Below, piece by piece: positions 51,566 to 64,000 of a stretch of DNA of 64,000 bases. The notes under the pieces were generated by a model. It was not told where the DNA came from and ran no database searches. It saw nothing but the letters and a program-made list of their open reading frames with translations. How positions within the stretch are numbered: the first letter of the stretch is position 1; each line of letters starts with the position of its first letter. A program made the translations under genes and the position numbers. This DNA comes from the human T2T-CHM13v2.0 reference genome, Homo sapiens: the NCBI RefSeq assembly GCF_009914755.1, contig NC_060925.1; one strand, written 5' to 3'.

Positions 51566-51826
51566 ATTTTTTTTTTTTTTTTTTAAAGACAGGGTCTTGC
51601 TCAGTTGCCCAGGCTGGAGTTCAGTGATGCGATCATGGCTCACTGCAGCCTTAACTTCTGGGCTCAAGCCGCAGCCTGGCTAATTTTTTTTTTAAGTTTT
51701 CTGTAGAGATAGGGGTCAGTCTCACTATGTTGCCCAGGCTGGTCTTGAACTCTTGCCCTCAAGGGATCCTGCTGCCTCTCAAAGTGCTGGGATTACAGAC
51801 ACAGGCAAGAGCCACAGCTCCTGACC
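51566..51826 (-). mobile_element. AluJ with internal deletion
   Basis: ggctcaagcc joined directly to gcagcctggctaatt. Confidence 0.85.
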
Positions 51827-52149
51827 ATTTCATTGATTTTCAAAGGACTTGCCATTCACCCTCCTGCAGACAACACTTATTTAATCACCATTCTGAGCAA
51901 ACCGATAAAGTTATGCTGTACATATCAGAAAAGATGAGAATAAGCCCTATGGTCTCCAACTACACACTTTTTATCTAGCTTATGTAGAATAGGTTAACTA
52001 GCAATTTAATTTACTTTGTCTATATTTTTTAGAACAATATTTTTCTATAGATCTAATTTGATGTCTCTTTTTTAAAAAACTATTCTGAGGTTCTCAAAAG
52101 TTACTAGAAACTTTAGGAAAAAAATGTTAGGCTACCCCAGATACTTCTA

Positions 52150-52368
52150 ATCAGTGAGATTTGCTCAAATTTGGAAGCTTATTAGAATCACCTAGGGAGC
52201 CTTTAAAAATTGCCACCTGGGTCCTACCCCACCCCCGCCCCCACAACCGCCCCCCAATCCCCCAAGGATTCTGATTTAATTGGTTTGGCATATGGCATTC
52301 AAGGGACAGGATTTTAATGCTCTCCAGGTGATTTTAATGGGTAGTCAAAGCTGAGAACCTACTGCTGT
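52150..52368. mobile_element. MER5-like MITE containing a C-rich tract
   Basis: ttagaatcacctagggagc...ccaggtgatt...gagaacc. Confidence 0.65.
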
Positions 52369-53432
52369 AGGGCATGATGCAAAAAATAATAATAATAATT
52401 TTGGGACAAATACCTCACTGACCTTCCCAGTCCCTTGGTTTTCCTGCCTGCTCCCTTCTGGCAGCCAGTCAATAATTTTAGAACTTTTACTGAATGGAGA
52501 CTGGTAATAGTGACATTTCTATTGTAGTGATTCTTCACAGTTGTTTTTTTTCTCCTACATCTAAGGACCTCTTTATTTTTCTGCCATAGAATTGATAAGT
52601 AGTGACTAATTTGTGTTTTTTAAAATATTATTATTATTAATGAAAAATACAGCCGGGCACAGTGGCTCATGTCTGTAATCCCAGCACTGCAGATATGAGG
52701 AGACATTCAACTGCCCTTTTCCTCTTATAAACTATTATGACTTTTTTCTGTCATTCCTATTTTCTGGCTCTAAGTCCCTTCTAGTTACTTTCTGCATTAT
52801 TTAAAGACTTGATTATATGACATCTGAGATTTGCTTCAAAATTATCTAGATTAGCAGTAGTGTTGAATATGGGGTTGTACAGAAGAAACATGATTAGCTG
52901 GGAGTTGGTAACTGTCAAAGTTGTGATGTGTATATAGGAATTTATTTTATATTCTCTCTACTTTTATATATGTTTGAAATTTAATAAAAAGCTTTGGGAA
53001 AATAAGCCCAAAAAAGTATGCTTTATTTTGGTAGGAGGTGTTATAAAATTCTGTTCCAAAAACCTTGGTGTTAATTACTTTTGAAAATCTTTACTCCTTA
53101 GTAACTGTAAGTCAAAGTCTGTAGCTTTGATAAAAATTGCTTAAATTGGCTTCACTGTCCTTCAGAAAAGTGTCAGTTGCTTAGAATACAGAATGACCTC
53201 TGATAAGACAGCTGATTTGAAGTCTTCAGATTCCAGATTCTGGACAACGTTGGCAGGTCTGTGACAGTTTGTAGGCTAGGGCTGCCAGGTGAAGCTTCTG
53301 GAAAAATGCCATATTGATGACAGTAACTATTGTTGAGAAATCTTTTCAATCAATACTGATAGTGGGAAAGAGTTGACATAAATAACCATATCCTTCTCTC
53401 TGAAGTGACAATCAATAATAGGAACTTGTAGA

Positions 53433-53605
53433 ACAGTGATTCTCAAGCCAGTTGTGCATCAGAATTACCTGGGGAGCTTTTAACAACTATAGATGTCCGG
53501 CTCCACCCTAGAGATTGAGTTTCATTCGGCTAGGGTTGGGCTCAGACATTAGTATTTTCTAAAAGCCCCCCTTAGATAATTCTAATAGGTAGCCAGAGTT
53601 AAGAG
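53433..53605. mobile_element. MER5A-like MITE
   Basis: cagtgattctcaa...catcagaattacctggggagc. Confidence 0.7.
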
Positions 53606-53895
53606 CCTATTTTGGGACCTAAACATAAAGCAGCTTTTTCGGCTCTATGAGAATTTCCCCAGTGAATAGAGCTGTCTTTTCCACTGAATTGCATTACAAA
53701 TCTGCTATCTAGAATGTTACATTGGTTTACCTGTCGTAGTGTAAAGCAGTTTCCATCAGAATCTGCTTGATAATGACTCACTGTCATCAGTGTTGAATCA
53801 AGATATTTTTCTAAATTTGAATTAAAATTTATTTTTACACAAAAGTCCATTTTAAATTTAATCAGTGATGAATCAAGGTATTTCAATCTGTATGA

Positions 53896-54225
<330 letters not shown>

Positions 54226-54574
54226 TGAAAAATCTGCTTTTTAAATGTTTTCTATCAAATATTACTGTTTCCCTTTTGAATTGTCACTCAAACAATAGTA
54301 AATACATTCATTTAGCATCTGTGCTGGAAATTATTTTGGCTCAACAATAGGAAAAATATGAAAACAGGTGAAATTTTGCTAGTTTGCTACTGGAAGTACT
54401 TTGAAATGAAATGAAATGAAAGCAAAACCTCTTATTTGTGTTCTCTCCAGTGCGTGGAACAGTGATAATACAGCAGACACTCTAAATACATTTTTGGTGA
54501 ATGTATAAGTGAATTATGAAATCTTAAATCTGTCTCAACTCTAGGAGATTTGAGTATAATAGAAAAGGAAATAC

Positions 54575-54859
<285 letters not shown>

Positions 54860-54879
54860 AGGAAAGGAAATTTTATTCT

Positions 54880-56200
54880 TTTGTCATTTTATTCCTATAT
54901 GCTTATCCTTATTTGAGCTAGCTCCTTTGGCTATATGCTAGATACTGTTTTATTTGCTACAGGTACATCAGTGAACAAAACACACAAATCCCTTCACTCA
55001 TGGAACTTACATTCTAATAGAGGGAGTACAAAAATATGCCCTTTTCCTTTGAAGCAGGGAAATCAAATAGTACTAAGGAGGGAGAAAGTTGCACTTTTTA
55101 ATAGGCTGGTTAAGGAAGACTTCATTGAGAAGACACTGTTTGTGTAAAGACCCGAAAGGAGGTAAGGGAGCAAGCTGTGTTGCTGTCTGTGAAACTACAG
55201 CAGACAAGGAATTAGCAGGTGCAAAGACTAAACCAGGAGCAGGCCTGGTGTATTCACAGAATATTTAGGTTGCTGGTGAGGCTAGAGAAACGAGCAGAGG
55301 CAAGAGTAGAGAGATATGTGGTCAGAGAAGTATGGGATTGGGGTTGGGTGTAGTACAGACTGTATAGGCCTTGTAGCTATGATCATTCTTTGACCTTTAC
55401 TCTGAGTGAGATGGAGGGTAATTGCTAGGTTCTGAACAGAGGAATGACATGATCTAACATACATTTTTTAACAGCATCATTTTGGCTGCCAAGTTGATAA
55501 TTACAACAGATGGGCCGAGGCAGAGAGACCAATACAGCTAGAAATAGCCAGGACTATTTTGGTAATCTAGGTAAGAAATGGTGTGACTGAAGAGAAAGCA
55601 GTGGAGGTAATAAGAAGTGATCAGATCCTATTTTGAAGGTGGAATCATTAGATTTGGTGACTGGCTGGACATGGGATGTGAGAGAGTCAAGTTTAACCAT
55701 AAGATTTGTGGCCTGAGCAACTGGATTCTGGAAGGATAGGGTAAGCCATTTACTGAGATAGGAGTGTCACACCATCCTTAGTTTTGGGGGAAGGATGAGG
55801 AGCCCAATTTTGGCTCTACCAAATTTTGAGATGCCTATTAGACATCCAAGTAGAAGTGTCAAGTGGACCCTTAGATACAGAAATCTAGAATTCAAGGAGG
55901 AGGTCCAGACTAGAGCTAATACATTTGAGAGTTGTCAGCATATAGTTTCTAATATTTAAAGTCGTAAGATTGGATAACATCACCAAGGGAAAGAGTGTTT
56001 GTTTATACAGGAGAGAAGAGACCTAAGGCCAGAGGCCCTGGGACACTCCAGTATTAAAAGGTCCAAGGAGAGTGCTCATGAGAGGTGGGGGAACCAGGCA
56101 AGTGAAAACCTGGTAAAGAAAATGTTTCCTGGAGAAGGGAGTGATTGTCAAGTGCTGGACAGATTAAGATGAGGGTTGCGAAATGTCCGTTGGATTTGGC
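54880..56200 (-). mobile_element. L2 fragment (~1.3 kb)
   Basis: tttactctgagtgagatgg; ggcctgagcaactgga; gagatgcctattagacatccaagt. Confidence 0.8.
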
Positions 56201-57037
56201 AGTATGGCTGTCTCTTGTACAGTTAATCCTCACAAGAACCCTGTGAGGTGGGTGATATTATTGTCCTTATTTTACCAAAGTAAGTTTCACAGCCATCAAA
56301 CAACGTGTCCAAAATAAAACACTACTGAGGACAGATCTGGATATTAAACCCATATCTTTCAGACTCTAACCATTATATACTGTACTTCCTATCATCTAGG
56401 CTTTTTTAAATTTTGGAAAATGATGGGGAAAATTCAGATTAATGTAACAAAATATATCCTCCACTCAGAATTAATAGATTTTAATATTTTCTAAAATTTG
56501 ATTCAGGTATATATTTTAAAGAAAACATTATAATTAATTTATTCAAAAAGTATTAATTGAATGCCTACTGACGGCCAGCCACTTGTTCTGTAAACTTGGA
56601 ATAGTGAAGTACACAAAGACTCTTGCCCTCTGACAAGAAAAAACAGAAACAACAATTAGAAGGCAATAAGTGGTATGGAAAAAAAAGAAAAACATATAGC
56701 AGAATAAGGAGGTCAGGAATATTGGGTTTGGGAGGTAGAGGGCAAGTTGTACTTTTTAATACTGTGGTCCAGATAGGCCTTATTGCAAAGATGACATAAG
56801 GAAACTTACCTGGCAGAAGATTGTTTCAGATGGACGGAATAGCTGATGCAAAGGAGGAAGAGGGCATGAAGTCAGTCCCCTTTGTTCCCTTTCCCAATCC
56901 ATTCTTCGTTCCTCCCCAGAAGCAACTGCTACTGTGAAGTAGATGTGTATCCTTCTAGTCTTTTTTTTGTATGTTTACTGCCATAAACAATATTTAGTAT
57001 TTAGTCTGTTCTTGATTTATATAAATAATGCTATACC

Positions 57038-57352
<315 letters not shown>

Positions 57353-58128
57353 TCAAAATTATGATGAGCAAAATATGTAAATCTAGTTTATTCATTTTAA
57401 CAGCTATTTAATATTTTATAAATATGCCACAGTTTATTTTTCTATTACAAGCAAAGTTGCATTAAAACCCATTTTTTTAACACACATTTTTTTTATGTAT
57501 AAGTGAGAGTATTTTTAGGCTTTATATCTAGAAGTATATAAATAGCTGGGCTGTTTATATGCATTTTCAACTTTATTAGATATTGCCAAATTGTCATTCA
57601 ATTGCTCACATCAACAGTGTGTTAAAGGCACTATTTCTTCCCATCCTCACCAACCCTTGGTATTGTCAGTCTTTCATTTTTCCAGGTGGATGGAGTGAAT
57701 TATTGTCTTTATATTAATTTCTCAAATTATTAGTGAGATTGAGCTTTTCAAATTTCACGGTCCATTTCAAATTTCCTCCTCTATAAATTCCCTGTTCATA
57801 TCCTTTACCATTTATGTATTGGCTGATATTTTCTTATTGATTTATATAATTTTTAAATTTAGAGTGATCTTTCTAAATGCTTTCTGAGAATCTAAGATGA
57901 CTACAGAGTTTTTTGTTGCCATTAATGGCTAAATGATAAAATTTACTTCTGTTTTTTTAAAAACTGAACTTTTCTTTAATAAAGACCTATTCTTATAATT
58001 TATTAAGCCAACTCTCATTTCTGTAAATTATGCATTATAACATGCCTTAATTGCCTGCTACCAACCTAGCACCAGATGGAAAGGTACAGAAGATGAAGTA
58101 AAATTAAAATCAGAAATTGCTTACCTTA

Positions 58129-58310
58129 AGCCAGACACAGCAGCATGTACCTGTCATCCCAGCTACTCAAGAGGCTGAGTCAGGAGGATCTCTTGAGCCC
58201 AGGAATTCAAGGCTACAGTGCACCATGATCATGCCTATGAAGAGCCACTGCACTGCAGCCCAGGCAACATAGCAAGACCCCGTTTCTTTAAAAAAAAAAA
58301 AAAAAAAAAA
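58129..58310 (+). mobile_element. Alu right-arm monomer (FRAM-like)
   Basis: cctgtcatcccagctactc...agcaagacccc plus poly-A. Confidence 0.82.
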
Positions 58311-58397
58311 GAGAGAGAGAGAAGAAAGAAAGAGAGGAAGGAAGGAAGGGAGGGAGGGAGGGACAGAGGGAGGGAGGGAAAGAGGGGAGGGGAGGAA
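58290..58397 (+). repeat. Polypurine tract A21-(GA)n-(GGAA)n-(GGGA)n
   Basis: 108 nt with a single pyrimidine (58364). Confidence 0.95.
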
Positions 58398-58722
58398 TTG
58401 CTTGGTTAGGGGAAAGCATAGAGAATATTATGAGTATGTTTGTTGGGGATATGTGTGTTTTAATCAAGCAATTTAGTTTCCCACATTGTTCCTACATGCT
58501 TATCTTGTCTAGTAGTAATATTATTAAAAACATATAAAAGTGGGGCTGGAACACTTCCTTTTGAGATGGCCATTATCAGATAGTGACTATTGAGCCACAT
58601 TATTATACTATTGACTCTTTCCTGTCAAATATAACAAGTATTTTAAAAAAAAGTGCTTCTTTGGCACATTATTATAAATCTGATGTTATCTAGAAAGAAA
58701 TAGAAAGTTTATTTAAAGGTAA

Positions 58723-58824
<102 letters not shown>

Positions 58825-58998
58825 TAAGTACTCTCTCAGATTTTAACTCTAAATACTAAATGTGAAGCATATTGATTAGGGAAAAACAAAGTGATCCACT
58901 GATTTTGTAAACTGCCTTGGAAAATATCATACCTCTATTTTGTGCCTTATTTTCCTTTCCTATGTAAGAAAACAATTTTTATTTAAAGTGATATGTAA

Positions 58999-59574
<576 letters not shown>

Positions 59575-60755
59575 TAAAATCTGACAGGTTTAAAGGAACT
59601 AAACCAGATGCTTACTACAAAAGCATATATAAAACATTTAGTACTCATTCAGCTTTTAAGAAACCACTAGTGGTTTCTAAGGCTATTTATCAATAGGGTT
59701 AAAACTATTCAATAAGTGTAGTGTTTTTCAGCTTGAATTGTAAAATTCTTCTTTTGAGGATCATTCATTATTGCATTACTGTTGCTGCTTGGTGCTTGTT
59801 AGAGGTCATTGAAGCCCATAGGACATTGAAAACTTACCAGACACTCACAGGTCAAAAAGTGTTATGAATCAATCTCATAGCCTCTCCAGCCCTGCTTTCT
59901 CTTTCTTTGATATTACTTCAGTCTGACATGTTATTCTGGCTTTACTGTCCCTAGGAAGGCTGTGCTGAGAAGCATTAGAGTAGGCTTCAGTGAGCCAGAA
60001 TCTGTGTCACCCAACTAGATGCAACTCACATGATTCATTAAATCAGAACATAGAAAATAACTTTACTTGAATGCCCTGATATAAATTTTTTATCAACCAT
60101 AAGAACAAATCTTTTGTCATTTCTACTATTCAGTGTTCCAGCTGAATTGGTAATTTGTGAAACAGATCTTATTAATTTTTTAGAAAGTTCTTTCCATTTT
60201 ATGAAATTTGTAAATATTTTGGTCACTGGCAAAGAAAATATCAGTATCTCTGCTCACCCACCAGATCATATGCCTGCTAGTAAACACTTATAGACAACTG
60301 TCTAACTGTAGTTCTGCAATTCATTATACTAAAGGGAGAAGTAACTTTTTTGGTCGACAAGTCAGAGGCCTAGGCTCAGCACTAATCTCAGAATCTTGCT
60401 TTCTAAGCCACTTACTGAAAGTATTATCATCATGAGCACTGCTTACTGAAGACACATTAAGTCCTACTGTTTTTGGATTAAGTTTTTGCCACATCTTATC
60501 TAAAATATATAGCAAAGAACTGAAAAAGTATGGAAAATGAAATAATAAAGGCTACCATTAAAATTTCATATGATTATTCTATACAAAAGTAAACCTCTCT
60601 AGTGTTTGATTTTAATAGAGGCATCCATGTGGCACAAAATACTGAAAGCTTTGCTAGTCCTTTTAGGCACTGTTTGACTTCTTTAACTTTGGATATAATG
60701 TAGGGAACCTCTTATTTCAAGAGTCAGTGACCCATAAAAATTGTGCCTTAATTGA

Positions 60756-61097
<342 letters not shown>

Positions 61098-62532
61098 TAG
61101 GGCACTCAATCTTGAAATTGTAGCAGTAAACACTATTTGCTTTTGTCATTCACCTTGCATCCCTTCTCTCTTTCGTTATGCCCTAATCCCTACCTCTAGA
61201 TCTAACCTTCCTTCTCCTAGTCATTGGTCAACTGGACAACTAAAATCTTCCCCAGTTAGGGGAAACCCTTTTAGCTTCTTTAAAAATCTTTGGTCACTAT
61301 AGACACCAAGACAAGTGGTGTTTCCTAGGTTTTTGCCTTTGAAATCTTGTTTTCTGATAATTCTAACTTTTGCTCTAGGCCTTCCTTGCAGATTCTTTTC
61401 ATTCTGCATTTGCACATTCTGTATCTTCACTAGCTGAATCTCCCTATTCTTTTGATCATCAGCTTCTAAGACTTCTGTCTCCTGCCCCATATTATTTTCT
61501 TATTTCCTCTTTTCTCAGAAATTCCCCTTTAGCTTTTCATATTTCTGCCCCCACTGGAAATCTGTGGCTCAACTGATAGACTTTTTTTATCTCCAACTTT
61601 GTCCATTTGTCACCTTTTTATAGCAAATACTACTGTACAAGTTAGGGATAAAATTAAAATACATATTCATCATGTTAAAACTCCATTGACTTCTATAAAG
61701 TATAATTATACTTTAATGTGTATTTCCACCCCTCTTCTCCCCCTTACAGTTTTCACAATTACATTTTAGAGAAGGCATTTTGTCACTGGGGAAAGCAAAA
61801 ACAGGCATGAAGGCCAGCATTGGATAAATAGCCTTACAGTGAAAATATGGAGACTTTAGAAACCCAGAGACATGCACATAGAAAGGACGAAACACATGCA
61901 CACGTTATTTGTGGAGAAGTAACCCCACCTTTCAGCCTTTTAGCTTATTGCCACTAACATTGACTGTAGGCATACATGGGTGTATGTCTTTTTTAAAAAT
62001 AATTATCCTATTATTCAGAAAATTTTCACATCTACTCTCAAATTTCCAATGGAATTTTTAAGTCACAACTTGTAGACATTTCTGGAATTCATGTTTAAAA
62101 ACAAACTGCTTATAAGTCTTTATAGCTAGGCAAAAGATTCTAAATGGCAGTTGTCACTTAAGATGAATATAAGATAATATGTTCAGTAGAACTGTTCTTT
62201 ATATATGAATATTGCTAAGTTTTATTATTACTATAATAGCATTTGTTTAATCCATGAAAGCTGTTTTCAGAATTCCTCATGTGAACTCTTAGAAGAGGAT
62301 ACATACATACACCTATATATAATTGTATTAGTATGTTGCTATAATGCCACAAGTCTAACTCTTGTTAAAGGGGGAAAAAAATCAACATTTTGACCAAAAC
62401 ATGATAGTCCAGGATAACATAAATAAAACTGAGTCTTGAATTTTCACACCTTTATTCTTAAAGGAAATAAGGAGTTTTGGTAGTAAGCCATCTTCTCCTG
62501 GTGACTTTCATTGTTCTTTCACAGATGTATTA

Positions 62533-62845
<313 letters not shown>

Positions 62846-63560
62846 TTGGACCATAACATGTAATTTATCAATGTATACTGATGGAAATTGTATTTGTGTA
62901 TCTCAGAAAAAAATCTGACCAGTTGGTACAGTTGATCATTGCACACTCAATGAAATGCATCCCATATGAAAATACAACATGACCCATTCCCACTTCATTT
63001 AGGTTTCTCACTGATTCCATGGGACTTGAATTACTATTGTGATTGCAACATTTATTGATATTTATACTATGAATTCAGCCCTAAGTGGTTACCCAAGAGC
63101 ACATGGAAAGACCTTTTAAAGCAGAGCTTAAGCACTATACATTTATGAAGGAATTAATGTTCCTTTAATTCCTTTAAAAATGTCCTCTTATTCTTATTTA
63201 ATAAATGTTACAATTAAAGACTCTCAAGCACTCCTTACACACAGAACATATATAACAGTGATAATTGATTGACTTTTTTTAGAAGAACTCATTAGAAATG
63301 CAATAAAATAACCTGATAATTGCTCAGATTTATTGCTTAAGTACTTGGTTGTAATTTTGCATCTTAGTTGAAGTTTATCAGACTTTACTCTTAGATCTGA
63401 TTTTGTTCCTGGAAAAGGTACTATATAGTGAAATAATACAGAGTTGAACCTGATTTTCTTAACTAAATATGCCCTATTGAGATGTTAGGCTCTCTCCACA
63501 ATCTTTGATGCATGACTTTTAATAAAAATGTATATAAGTATATATAGATTGTCTTCTATA

Positions 63561-63869
<309 letters not shown>

Positions 63870-63933
63870 CTATATACTCTACTGTGTAAAGCTTATTAAT
63901 GTATTTATATATTTTGAAGTTAGAAAGGACAGT

Positions 63934-64000
63934 AGGCGGGGTGCAGTGTCTCACGCCTGTGAGCACTTTGGGAAGCCGAGACAGGTGGATCACGAAGTCA
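63934..64000 (+). mobile_element. Alu 5' end running off the window
   Basis: ggcggggtgcagtgtctcacgcctgt...ggatcacg. Confidence 0.8.

Noticed and set aside
56804-56816. acttacctggcag, identical to the 5' region of U1 snRNA
   Set aside because: Match stops after 13 nt; it is equally a consensus minus-strand donor within L2-like sequence, and no partner exon can be supported

Overview
Human (primate) genomic DNA from the head-to-head GLMN/RPAP2 locus (1p22, recognised from the encoded proteins). A CpG-island bidirectional promoter at ~11.5-12.35 kb drives GLMN (glomulin, an RBX1-binding cullin-RING ligase inhibitor) on the minus strand and RPAP2 (RNA Pol II-associated Rtr1-family CTD phosphatase/chaperone) on the plus strand. 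GLMN non-coding exon 1 and coding exons 2-6 (codons 1-211) are present; the gene continues left of the window. RPAP2 exons 1-11 (codons 1-563) are present; the gene continues to the right. All coding exons were spliced by hand: GT-AG boundaries and phases join into intact frames. The rest is intronic and repeat-rich: about 40 Alus, L1/L2/MIR remnants, a near full-length Tigger1, Tigger3a/MER44/MER33/MER5/MER104-like DNA elements and a THE1 solo LTR. Most ORFs in the supplied track are Alu or L1 artefacts. I found no new multi-gene system. The most interesting signals are small-scale: a TSD-flanked orphan retrocopy inside Tigger1; tail-less, repair-type templated insertions (an Alu piece apparently copied from a neighbour into an L1, and an L1 piece inside an Alu); a scrambled, tail-less L1PB 5' fragment; transposon ends overlapping the branch-point regions of RPAP2 exons 2 and 7; a candidate intronic-polyadenylation isoform after exon 8; and a dyad-symmetric promoter core. 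Repeat subfamily names come from memory of consensus sequences, and repeat boundaries are approximate.
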